Shown: piece after piece, positions 1 to 8,671 of the stretch
How the letters are laid out: every line of letters begins with the position of its first letter
Numbering within the stretch: the stretch's first letter is position 1
Position numbers and translations under genes: made by a program
DNA from: an uncultured Candidatus Babeliaceae bacterium
Lineage (GTDB): Bacteria; Babelota; Babeliae; Babelales; Babelaceae
Direction: 5' to 3'
Assembly: GCA_963704655.1 (NCBI GenBank)
Contig: OY969927.1
Span: forward strand, 480,001 to 544,000
DNA: 64,000 bases
The notes under the pieces: model-generated
Seen by the model: only the letters and a program-made list of their open reading frames with translations
What the model was told of the DNA's origin: nothing
The model's database searches: none

Positions 1-393
1 GACTACCTACAAGAGAATTTCCTAAAAAAGGGCATCGCTCATCTTACTCATGCAATTGAATTTCATGTGGTGGACAATTGGTATGCGGCACGTCTAACTT
101 TAGCACACTTCCTGATGAAAAGAGGCTTACCTGAAGACATTGAAAATGCAATAATAGCATTAAACGATATCATTATGCCCCTTCCAGAAAAAGAAATAGA
201 CATAGCACTTATCAACAGGGCAAAAATCGATCTCGCAGATATATATCTCAGATTATTAAAAAATCCAACCAATCATCAAAAATGGGAAGGCTACTCAAAC
301 GCTCAATTTGTAAAAAATTACTATGAGCATAACCGTAGCGGCGTTTACGAAGATGATTACCAAAAAGCGCTTCAGTTCTTGGATGCCATATAA
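1..393 (+). CDS. Hypothetical helical protein, 5'-truncated by the window edge
   Basis: Frame 1 is open from base 1 (DYLQENFLKKGIAHL...) to TAA at 391-393; no family recognised. Confidence 0.6.
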   Translation, partial: DYLQENFLKKGIAHLTHAIEFHVVDNWYAARLTLAHFLMKRGLPEDIENAIIALNDIIMPLPEKEIDIALINRAKIDLADIYLRLLKNPTNHQKWEGYSNAQFVKNYYEHNRSGVYEDDYQKALQFLDAI

Positions 394-420
394 AAGCAAA
401 GCTCCACGTAAAAATAATTA

Positions 421-449
421 TTGCAATTTGAAATATTTAAATATATAAT
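421..449 (+). promoter_or_regulatory. Sigma70-type promoter
   Basis: TTGCAA (421-426), 17-bp spacer, TATAAT (444-449). Confidence 0.55.
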
Positions 450-455
450 AAAAAT

Positions 456-548
456 TAGATATTAGATTTTGTTCCCGACTAAGAAAGGGTCAGATTCAGA
501 CGTACTCACTGAATCTATTTTAACAACCAAGCCCTTTCTTAGTTTTTT
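456..548 (+). ncRNA. Putative ~90-nt structured small RNA or argS leader/attenuator
   Basis: 12-bp outer stem 478-489/532-543 encloses an 8-bp inner stem 492-499/509-516, is followed by a U-tract, and lies just downstream of the promoter. Confidence 0.35.
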
Positions 549-644
549 ATATCTCCACATGGACAGTTTTTCATCTTCATGCTACTTTTTAATAAACAGT
601 TTTTTTAAAAAAATAATGCGCGTAAGCGCACCAAAAGTAATTTC

Positions 645-2285
645 ATGAACAGTCTCAATATTCTTATTCAAGCATTTAAAAATCATATTATTCAGTTATA
701 CCCAAGCGTAAGCATTGCCTGCGACGTTACCCTTAATGTTGATCCACAACGTCAACAATTTGGTGATCTTTCTTGTAATGCAGCAATGCTTTATGCAAAA
801 GAGCTTAAAGCAAATCCACGCGCTATTGCACAACAGATAATTCAAGATTTTAAACACCCATTAGTAAAAAATGTCGAAATCGCAGGCCCCGGTTTTATTA
901 ATATCACCGTTACCGATAGTTTCTTTCCCCAACTTCTTACGGAACTGCAAACGCAGGGTGACAATTTTTTTAAACTCGATAAAGATTATTCTTTTAAAAA
1001 ATTTAATATAGAGTTTGTCAGCGCAAACCCAACGGGCCCTTTACATCTCGGGCATGGCCGCGGTGGCATTATTGGCGATGTTCTTGGTACCATTTTACGC
1101 TTTCTGGGCCATACCGTTACTAAAGAGTTTTATATCAATGACGCGGGTAACCAAATAGAAAAACTCGGAGCATCATTTAAAATTCGCTGCCAACAAGAGC
1201 TTGGATATTCTGTAGAAATTCCTGAAGATGGTTACCATGGTGAATATCTTAAAGAACTGGCACAACAGGCTCATGCTGAACTCGGCGATAAACTGGCAAC
1301 ACAACCAGATTCTTTTTATGCTATCTACGCAAAAGAATATTTATTACAAAAAATCAAAGAAACTCTTGCAGCCTATGGCATCGTTTTTGATGTCTGGTTC
1401 TCAGAAAAAACATTACACAATTCTGGCGCAATTACCAAAGGATTAGAGATTATCAAAAAAAATGGTTATCTCTATGAAAAAGATGGTGCCGAATGGCTGA
1501 AGTCAACTGAATTTGGCGATGACAAAGACCGTGTCTTAAAAAAGGCTACTGGCGAGCTGACCTATGTTGCTGCAGATGTTGCTTATTTAGAAAATAAAAT
1601 TGAACGCGGCGCAGATAAACTCATCATAATTTTAGGACAAGACCATCACAGTTATGTAGTACGTCTTAAAGCCGTATTACAAGCGCTTGGCAAAGATCCG
1701 AATATGCTTGATGTTATTTTATATCAACTTGTTACCATTAAAGAATCTGGCCAACAAGTGCGCCTTTCAAAGCGTGCAGGCAAAATAGTTTCACTTGAAG
1801 ATATTACTGAAAATGTCGGCAAAGATGTGGCACGCTTTTTTTACTTACACAGAAAAGCTGATGCACATTTAGAATTTGATATTGCCCTTGCACTTTCACG
1901 CACAGAAGAAAACCCGGTGTATTATATTCAATATGCCTATGTTCGCACACTCAGTATGCTTGAAAAAGCAGAATCACTTTCTATTAAAGATATCACGTGC
2001 GCAGATGCGGAACATATTACAGAAAAAGAAGCACTCTTAATTAAAAAAATAGTAGCATTAAAACTGTTACTTGAAGATATTTCTCAGCATTATCAAACGC
2101 ATTTATTAACCTATTATGTTCATGATCTTGCACAACTGTTTTCAACCTATTATGGCAGCACCAAAGTTATCGATACCAATAATATTCCCGTAACCCGCGC
2201 ACGGCTTTTAGTTGTTATGCAATTACGTGATACCTTTAATCTCTGCCTACGCCTTCTTGGCGTTGGAACACCTGACAAGATGTAG
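645..2285 (+). CDS. argS: Arginine--tRNA ligase
   Basis: EFVSANPTGPLHLGHGRG HIGH-type motif, GPGFIN, LSKRAG, YYIQYAYVR. Confidence 0.97.
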   Translation: MNSLNILIQAFKNHIIQLYPSVSIACDVTLNVDPQRQQFGDLSCNAAMLYAKELKANPRAIAQQIIQDFKHPLVKNVEIAGPGFINITVTDSFFPQLLTELQTQGDNFFKLDKDYSFKKFNIEFVSANPTGPLHLGHGRGGIIGDVLGTILRFLGHTVTKEFYINDAGNQIEKLGASFKIRCQQELGYSVEIPEDGYHGEYLKELAQQAHAELGDKLATQPDSFYAIYAKEYLLQKIKETLAAYGIVFDVWFSEKTLHNSGAITKGLEIIKKNGYLYEKDGAEWLKSTEFGDDKDRVLKKATGELTYVAADVAYLENKIERGADKLIIILGQDHHSYVVRLKAVLQALGKDPNMLDVILYQLVTIKESGQQVRLSKRAGKIVSLEDITENVGKDVARFFYLHRKADAHLEFDIALALSRTEENPVYYIQYAYVRTLSMLEKAESLSIKDITCADAEHITEKEALLIKKIVALKLLLEDISQHYQTHLLTYYVHDLAQLFSTYYGSTKVIDTNNIPVTRARLLVVMQLRDTFNLCLRLLGVGTPDKM

Positions 2286-2338
2286 TCAAGAGCAAAATAA
2301 TATTAACGAAATATAACTAAGCTTTCATCCTCAAAAGT

Positions 2339-2584
2339 GTGTCACCCTGATACTTCGACTGGTGTGTAAACGCACTATTTTTGCTTAGTACTAAAGACCA
2401 GTTGAACTTGCCTGCCTGCCGCCGTTTCATTCTTATGCTTCGACTTGCCTTTAGTATTGAGCTTGTCGAAATATCAGCACGTGGGTTTACTCCTGAGCCT
2501 GACGAAGGGCTCGCTCATCCTGATACTTCGACTAACGCTCAGCAGTAAAGGCTCGCTCATCCTGAGCTTGTCGAAGGGTTAGCG
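2339..2584. repeat. Left arm of GIY-YIG cassette 1: composite of nested REP-like hairpins
   Basis: 2546-2584 is a perfect 39-bp inverted repeat of 2977-3015; 2339-2358 is a perfect 20-bp inverted repeat of 3028-3047; 2432-2506 is identical to 8180-8254. Confidence 0.92.
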
Positions 2585-2658
2585 CGAATATTTAAATTAT
2601 ATTTAATAATAAAAATGTTATAATTAATCTAAGTTTAAATTTTATAAAGTGTAAGAAA

Positions 2659-2955
2659 ATGTCGGATCAAGTTTTTTATTTATATATCCTACAATGTAAC
2701 GACCAATCATATTATGTTGGCCATACTGATGATATCGAAAAGCGTATTGCTGATCATGCTGCCGGTCTGTGTGGTTATACTTCAAAAAGATTACCTGTAA
2801 AATTAATTCATATTGATCAATTTCAAGCGCGGGACGAAGCATTTATTGCTGAACATAAAATAAAAGGCTGGACTAGAAAGAAGAAAGAGGCTTTTATGCA
2901 AAAAAAATTTGATGAATTAATTAGGTTATCTAATTTTAAAAAAGAAATTATTTAA
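2659..2955 (+). CDS. Small stand-alone GIY-YIG nuclease (UPF0213/YhbQ-like)
   Basis: LYILQC..SYYVGHT..IEKRIADH..G...YT..RLPVKL..EAFIAEHKIKGWTRKKKEA. Confidence 0.92.
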   Translation: MSDQVFYLYILQCNDQSYYVGHTDDIEKRIADHAAGLCGYTSKRLPVKLIHIDQFQARDEAFIAEHKIKGWTRKKKEAFMQKKFDELIRLSNFKKEII

Positions 2956-2976
2956 ACTATATACTTTACGCTAATT

Positions 2977-3047
2977 CGCTAACCCTTCGACAAGCTCAGG
3001 ATGAGCGAGCCTTTAGTACTGAGTTTATCGAAGTATCAGGGTGACAC
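2977..3047. repeat. Right arm of GIY-YIG cassette 1
   Basis: Reverse complement of left-arm segments; contains the 25-bp unit ctttagtactgagtttatcgaagta (3011-3035). Confidence 0.92.
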
Positions 3048-3115
3048 CTTTAGCGCCACAAGAGCTTAGTACTCCCTACATAAACAAATGGGGTTCTATA
3101 ATACTTTTTTATTAA

Positions 3116-4477
3116 CTAGTTTTGCTGAGTATGATCAAATACTTTTACTGGCTGATATTCACCATGCATTCCGCATAATGCGTGATAAAAATGCGCAACA
3201 TAGAGTATTGGAACCTGCCACTGAATAGCACGGTAGCGAGCGCACATAAGCATTTGATAGCGCATATAATCACGCTTGAGCCAACTATCGTTACAGAATG
3301 CAATTATAGAAGTATTCTGCTGAAGTTCGTGGTCTGGGTAAGTATTAAAAAACAGTTCTGAGCAAATATAGGGCACTATTTTTAAATTTTTGGTAATCTG
3401 CCAAAAGGGGCGCCTGCGGGTGCTTGGGTGTATGCCGATAAAATTTTTAAAAAAATATGCATGTGCCCCACGTTCAGTAAGTGCCATTGCATGCCGTTTA
3501 TCAAATAAATCAATCAAAACACCATCATGAATCCAATAAACGGTATTTCGATATTTGCCATTATCCCATCTAAAGCCGCCAGTAAGTATGGTAACCGACT
3601 TACCAAGCTGTTCTTGGTTTAAAAGAGCAACAACCTGTGGCTCACCGGGTAAAATCGGACACCGAATGGCAGTTTCATGAAAAAGAATCATATCACTTTC
3701 AGGGTACTGCTTTAAAAGCGCTTTACAATAATCACGAATCGCTCTTCCTGTATGCATAACAGAATCATGAGCATTAAAATATTCACGCCCACAGGCAATA
3801 GTAGTATGGTTAATAATATGCGCTCTATGCGTATGCGAAATTATGATACCCATAAGCCACACGCCCACAAAAAACAGAACTGCTAGCCAGTAATATCTTC
3901 CCCAGCAAATGGCAGCGCTTATAAACGCCTGGGTAGCGATAAAAATAAATAATAATAAACTTGAACCGATTTTAGGCAACCAAAACAACATGCCAGAATA
4001 TTCTACTAAGGGGACCAGTGGGTTAAAAAGTAGATACCCTTCAACTGCGCCAAGCATAAACAAAGACCCTCGTTCAAGAAACAAGAAAAATAACCAGGTA
4101 AAAATAGCAGCGCAAAATAAACGTACACCTGGTGATTGCGTAATAAAGCGTAGCGATATAAGCAAAAAAAACCAGCTCAAGCCATAACAATAGGCTACGA
4201 GTAAAACCAATACCGGTGGAATAAGTTTAAAAAAAATATTACCAGATCCGCAGCAATAAAGTCCCTCTGCAATAGCCCAAAACTGCAAAGAAAAAGCAAT
4301 GCCAGACCAAATTACTCCATGGAAAATCGTTACTTTATCATGAATGATAAGATAAAAAAGTGGGATTAAAAAAATGCATGCGGCCCACCAAAAAAATTGT
4401 GGCCATAAAAAGGGCATGATATAAAGACACGAGCTTATACAACACAAGTAAAAACCATCTGCATTACAATATTTCAT
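3116..4477 (-). CDS. lnt: Apolipoprotein N-acyltransferase-like protein (divergent)
   Basis: N-terminal TM helices plus a nitrilase-fold E-K-C triad (FHETA, DKRH, ICSE), YRNT, NDSW and RAIQW motifs. Confidence 0.8.
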   Translation of the reverse strand: MKYCNADGFYLCCISSCLYIMPFLWPQFFWWAACIFLIPLFYLIIHDKVTIFHGVIWSGIAFSLQFWAIAEGLYCCGSGNIFFKLIPPVLVLLVAYCYGLSWFFLLISLRFITQSPGVRLFCAAIFTWLFFLFLERGSLFMLGAVEGYLLFNPLVPLVEYSGMLFWLPKIGSSLLLFIFIATQAFISAAICWGRYYWLAVLFFVGVWLMGIIISHTHRAHIINHTTIACGREYFNAHDSVMHTGRAIRDYCKALLKQYPESDMILFHETAIRCPILPGEPQVVALLNQEQLGKSVTILTGGFRWDNGKYRNTVYWIHDGVLIDLFDKRHAMALTERGAHAYFFKNFIGIHPSTRRRPFWQITKNLKIVPYICSELFFNTYPDHELQQNTSIIAFCNDSWLKRDYMRYQMLMCARYRAIQWQVPILYVAHFYHALCGMHGEYQPVKVFDHTQQN

Positions 4478-4484
4478 GGTAATT

Positions 4485-4520
4485 AAAAAAAAAGGGTAGA
4501 GAAATTGATTTCTCTACCCT
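4485..4520 (-). terminator. Rho-independent terminator
   Basis: agggtagagaaa/tttctctaccct stem next to an A9 run (U-tract on the minus strand). Confidence 0.7.
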
Positions 4521-4558
4521 ACCAAATTGAGTACTATTAATTAAATAAAATTCTTTTT

Positions 4559-5212
4559 TTATTTAACATCGGTCCATTTCCACAAGTCTTTATTTGATTC
4601 ATCCTGTAAAACTAAAGCCCCATTTGCAACTGTCAAAAGTATATTCATAGAGTTACACGCAATGCCAGAACCTCCAAGACCAAAGCTATGGTAATAGGTT
4701 TTAGTGGTCTTAGTTGCAGGCCGAGTACTATACGCATTACCGCCTAAAGTGGTAGTATATTTAAACTCAATACGCTTAAAACATACTGGGTAACCCAACT
4801 GCGAATTAAGGGCAGCTTTGGTAACTTCTTCTGGAATAAGGCCCTCTGATAGTTCCTTCATGCCTTTTCCTAACACTTCACCAGCTGCCTCAACGGACAT
4901 CTTTGATATCATACCTAAACGATCTTTTACCGCACAGCTATGGAGTACCAAGAGATTCCCTTTAGGAATTTCAAAATCAACTTTTTGGTCATCATATCCT
5001 GCTAAAGCAAGATATACTGTCCCACCAATAGCTTGATCTGAAGTATTACGAATGGACATTTGCCATCCCTTATTATCACTATCTTGGCAAGGTTCCATCG
5101 CATCTATGTAATAACCATCTTTAGTTTTTAACATATTTGCTTCTGCATGCAAAATTTCGCATGAAGCGCTTAAAAGTAGTATTAATAATACATAAAAATT
5201 ATAGTTTTTCAT
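4559..5212 (-). CDS. Secreted Cys-containing hypothetical protein
   Basis: Signal peptide; start overlaps the upstream gene's stop codon. Confidence 0.7.
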   Translation of the reverse strand: MKNYNFYVLLILLLSASCEILHAEANMLKTKDGYYIDAMEPCQDSDNKGWQMSIRNTSDQAIGGTVYLALAGYDDQKVDFEIPKGNLLVLHSCAVKDRLGMISKMSVEAAGEVLGKGMKELSEGLIPEEVTKAALNSQLGYPVCFKRIEFKYTTTLGGNAYSTRPATKTTKTYYHSFGLGGSGIACNSMNILLTVANGALVLQDESNKDLWKWTDVK

Positions 5213-5595
5213 TAATGCTTCCCTTCAACTAATTTAAACTGTTTACTGTTACCAGATGCTGGAAAAATCGTTCCTTGGTAATCTCCACATAACATAGAAA
5301 AACCTGTACTTGGTAATGAAACCTCACCTACTGTATCACCAGAGTTGACAGAAACTTCATAAACATATTCACCAGCTTTAATGGTTAGCTTATTCACACA
5401 ACAAGCACCGGTCTGAAATGTAAAAGAAGCGTTCGGTGCAATGGCACCAGAAGGTTGCACATTAGAGCAAACAAATTTAGAAATCTCTAAAAATATCGTG
5501 CCAGGGGTTTTATTATAAAAAGTATAACTATACCCAACTATCTCTGTTGCCATGCCACAAAAGAGCATGAGTAGAGAAATTATTATTTTTTTCAT
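5212..5595 (-). CDS. Secreted Cys-rich hypothetical protein
   Basis: MKKIIISLLMLFC signal peptide, AAGGAG RBS. Confidence 0.75.
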   Translation of the reverse strand: MKKIIISLLMLFCGMATEIVGYSYTFYNKTPGTIFLEISKFVCSNVQPSGAIAPNASFTFQTGACCVNKLTIKAGEYVYEVSVNSGDTVGEVSLPSTGFSMLCGDYQGTIFPASGNSKQFKLVEGKH

Positions 5596-5619
5596 TTTTT
5601 TACTCCTTAATTTAAATAA

Positions 5620-5985
5620 TTATTCAACTAATAAAATTATGAGACCATTTTCATCATATTGTGCCGTTATGTTAAGATCCCTACAAGCCAAATCAGCACC
5701 TGTTGTAGGAATATTACTCCACCCTGGTTTAGTAGCTATTTTACCCAACCTAGCTGTGGTCATTTCAAAACCATCCAAACAATAGATCCCAGTGCCCCAT
5801 TCAATAGTTTTGCCTGGAGCGATATTATCTTGCGAATTCTTTCCAGACCATGCCGCTGACATGGTTACATTTTTTATTGTTTCCTTGAGCCCATTTTTAA
5901 ATTTATAGTTATAAGCTTGGGTATGCGCACCCATCATAAGAGCACATAAGACCACAAAAGCCTTAACTTGACGGTTATTTAACAT
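5620..5985 (-). CDS. Secreted hypothetical protein (start re-called to MLNNRQ)
   Basis: AAGGAG RBS upstream of the ATG at 5985; signal peptide; similar pattern to 5212..5595. Confidence 0.7.
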   Translation of the reverse strand: MLNNRQVKAFVVLCALMMGAHTQAYNYKFKNGLKETIKNVTMSAAWSGKNSQDNIAPGKTIEWGTGIYCLDGFEMTTARLGKIATKPGWSNIPTTGADLACRDLNITAQYDENGLIILLVE

Positions 5986-6244
5986 AAAACTCTCCTTGTT
6001 TTTTAATAAAAACTTATTTTTCCTGTAGTACCATGAGTACCATGTCATTTTAAGCATATATATAAATATTTATATTAGTCAATATATATTAAATAAATAC
6101 ATCTTTTATAAGCCCCTTTAAGGTGAAAATACAGGTTTGCGCATTAAATTTATTGACAAATCAGATTAAAATATAGGATCCTGATAATGTATAGGTTTAA
6201 TATAATTAAAATAATTAAAGTAAAAAAAATAAAGGAAATATGGT

Positions 6245-6721
6245 ATGAAAAATACTATTTTACTCAAAGGTGCGCTCGCACTTACTATTATAACAACAGG
6301 TTTGTTACACGCTGGCGCTACGACACAATTAATAGTTAATAAAGCTATTGATCTTGGTACGGCACCTGCTGTAAAAGTTGTATGTGATGCATATGGCAAA
6401 CAAGGTGTTCAGGTAGCTAAAGGTATGAATTCAACGGTAACTGGATTAAAAGATACTGCTAAAAAAGTCTGTTGCCGATTCTCGGGTTTCAGAAAAGATC
6501 ATCCAAATGTTACAAGAGATGTATTTGATGGCTGTAAGGGTATTGAAATTGACAATGCACCTTCTGAAGAAGACGCATGTGCATTTGTTGCGATAGGTGG
6601 AAGCTTACTTACCAATTTACCTAAAGCTGTTAAATCAACCTTAGGCGATCGCTGTTGCATATATGAAGATGTAATGTCAGAAAATCCTAAAGCTGCAAAA
6701 TCGCTCGGATGCGAAATATAA
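6245..6721 (+). CDS. Secreted Cys-rich protein with two HPKA-type repeats
   Basis: Signal peptide; CC..HPN and CC..NPKA modules. Confidence 0.75.
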   Translation: MKNTILLKGALALTIITTGLLHAGATTQLIVNKAIDLGTAPAVKVVCDAYGKQGVQVAKGMNSTVTGLKDTAKKVCCRFSGFRKDHPNVTRDVFDGCKGIEIDNAPSEEDACAFVAIGGSLLTNLPKAVKSTLGDRCCIYEDVMSENPKAAKSLGCEI

Positions 6722-6821
6722 TAGATTAATTTATGGCATTATTGACAAATTGAATTAATTTGTGCGATACTAAAATTAGATAGTATAATAACTAATATAA
6801 TATAATAAAAAGGAGATCGTA

Positions 6822-7385
6822 ATGAAATTACGTAAAATACAATTAACTCTTGCACTGCTTGTTGCAGCATTAGGCTCACAAGCTCTTTTTGCAGCCACAG
6901 AACCGGCAAATAAAAGTATTATCGATACTTATGCTAAAGGTGTTGAAAATGCACTTAAAGTCGCTGCTGCTAAACCTGAAACTGGTTGTAACGTTATGGG
7001 TACACTTGCTGGTAGATATTTAAAAACAGCTCTTGTAACTCCAGATAACGTTGCATTGGCACAAGTTTATTGCTGTGAAGATGCTAAATTTAAAGATAAA
7101 CATCCTAAAGCTTATGAATCATTGTGCCTTGGTACTTCAACTAATAAAGTTGTAGAAGGTTTAATCGGTAAAGTAGGTGTAGCACCTGCTAAAACTTGCC
7201 CAGTTATCGGTAAACTTGGTAGAACTTTAAATAGTTTAACTGAAGACCAAAAAACAACATTATGTGTAACTTGCGGTGATTTATGGAAAGATAAACACCC
7301 TAAAGCTCGTGAAGTAGTTTGTTCACATATGCAAGAATCAGCTGAAGACGTATTGTCTGAAGAAGATGTTATAGAAGCTGAGTAA
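6822..7385 (+). CDS. Secreted Cys-rich protein with two HPKA-type repeats
   Basis: AAGGAG RBS, signal peptide, KDKHPKA twice. Confidence 0.8.
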   Translation: MKLRKIQLTLALLVAALGSQALFAATEPANKSIIDTYAKGVENALKVAAAKPETGCNVMGTLAGRYLKTALVTPDNVALAQVYCCEDAKFKDKHPKAYESLCLGTSTNKVVEGLIGKVGVAPAKTCPVIGKLGRTLNSLTEDQKTTLCVTCGDLWKDKHPKAREVVCSHMQESAEDVLSEEDVIEAE

Positions 7386-7398
7386 TATTCGTTATCTT

Positions 7399-7431
7399 AA
7401 AAAAGTGGGGGGGTAAAACCCCTCACTTTTT
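7399..7431 (+). terminator. Rho-independent terminator
   Basis: aaaaagtgggggg/cccctcacttttt hairpin. Confidence 0.7.
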
Positions 7432-7457
7432 ATTATATAAGATCAGAGAGTCACTTT

Positions 7458-8087
7458 ATGAAAAACAAATTCTTATTAAAAAAAATTTTATCTATCCTGC
7501 CACTCATAGCAATTACCAGCATGTCTATTACAGAAATTATGGCAGATGCAGGAATCCCCGCAACGACCCTTAAAAAAGCACTGAATCTAACTGGAGTTGA
7601 CGAAACAACAGGCTGTACATTACTCAGTTCAGCAGGTGAGCTTCTGAAACCGCTCAGTTCAAGTGAAAAAGGTCGCGCATGTGTTACCTGCGGTGACAAT
7701 TGGGCAAAAGATGAGAAAAATAATGGTAAAGCACTTACCGTAGTTTGTGGAAAAACAGGATCCCCAACAGACAAACAAAAAGAAATTTTAACCAGGGCCC
7801 TTACTGATTGTGAACAATTAGCTTTGCTCTATCGCCGCTTTGATTTACTTTCTAAAGATCAACGAGTTCAAGCAGTATCAACCTGCTTTGGTAAATGGGA
7901 CCAACACCCTAAAGCTCGAAACGCTCTTATGAAACAACCAGTTGATCTGGATGAATCAAAAGAAGTAAAAGGTGATTTGCCAACATGGCAGGAAGTCTCA
8001 CAAATGCAAATTCTTGCTAAGGCTGATGCCAAAGGGCAAGTTACGCAAGAGATTACCGAAGAACAATTTAAAGCAGTTATTAAGTAA
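7458..8087 (+). CDS. Secreted Cys-rich protein with two HPKA-type repeats
   Basis: Signal peptide; CVTCGD.W shared with 6822..7385; WDQHPKA. Confidence 0.78.
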   Translation: MKNKFLLKKILSILPLIAITSMSITEIMADAGIPATTLKKALNLTGVDETTGCTLLSSAGELLKPLSSSEKGRACVTCGDNWAKDEKNNGKALTVVCGKTGSPTDKQKEILTRALTDCEQLALLYRRFDLLSKDQRVQAVSTCFGKWDQHPKARNALMKQPVDLDESKEVKGDLPTWQEVSQMQILAKADAKGQVTQEITEEQFKAVIK

Positions 8088-8171
8088 TACGTTAATTTAA
8101 TTACAACGTATGCTATCATTCTTGCGACAGCCTCGCACGTCTGAAAATAAAAAAAAGTTGATCTTGTCGCC

Positions 8172-8292
8172 GTGTCATCCTTATGCTTCGACTTGCCTTT
8201 AGTATTGAGCTTGTCGAAATATCAGCACGTGGGTTTACTCCTGAGCCTGACGAATGGCTCGCTCATCCTGAGCCTGTCGAAGGGTTAGCGAG
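8172..8292. repeat. Left arm of GIY-YIG cassette 2
   Basis: 8257-8292 is a 36-bp inverted repeat (1 mismatch) of 8664-8699; 75 bp are identical to the cassette 1 left arm. Confidence 0.92.
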
Positions 8293-8365
8293 CGCTATTA
8301 AATTTATTACTAAAATGATATAATATGTTGATATGTTTAATTTTAAATTTTAATTTTTATCTCGA

Positions 8366-8671
8366 ATGTTAAACCAGAATTTTTTTGTTTATATACTTGA
8401 ATGCAAAGATAAATCCTATTATGTTGGACATACTGATAATATTGAAAAACGTATTGCAGAACACGCTGAGGGTATGTGCGGATACACATTAAAGCAGCTA
8501 CCGGTAAAATTAATTTATATTGAGCAATTTCAAACTCGAGATGAAGCATTTATTGCTGAACATAAAATAAAAGGCTGGACTAGAAAGAAGAAAGAAGCGT
8601 TAATGCAGAAGAGATTTGATGAGTTAATTATATTATCAAATTTCAAAAAAAAATTTCCTGAAACTCGCTAA
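8366..8671 (+). CDS. Small stand-alone GIY-YIG nuclease (UPF0213/YhbQ-like), paralog of 2659..2955
   Basis: VYILEC..SYYVGHT..IEKRIAEH; about 75 of 98 residues identical to the first copy by manual alignment; the stop codon lies inside the right repeat arm. Confidence 0.92.
   Translation: MLNQNFFVYILECKDKSYYVGHTDNIEKRIAEHAEGMCGYTLKQLPVKLIYIEQFQTRDEAFIAEHKIKGWTRKKKEALMQKRFDELIILSNFKKKFPETR

Noticed and set aside
456-644. T-box riboswitch before argS
   Set aside because: No T-box consensus (GGTGGNACCGCG) and the leader is too short.
2339-2584. Repeat arms as a CRISPR array
   Set aside because: The units are nested and inverted, with no regular repeat-spacer period and no cas genes in the window.
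2659-2955. GIY-YIG gene as an intron homing endonuclease or uvrC fragment
   Set aside because: It is intergenic, lacks DNA-binding extensions and has the C-terminus typical of stand-alone UPF0213 proteins.
6153-6182. TTGACA promoter upstream of 6245
   Set aside because: No convincing -10 element at 16-18 bp spacing, so it was not called.
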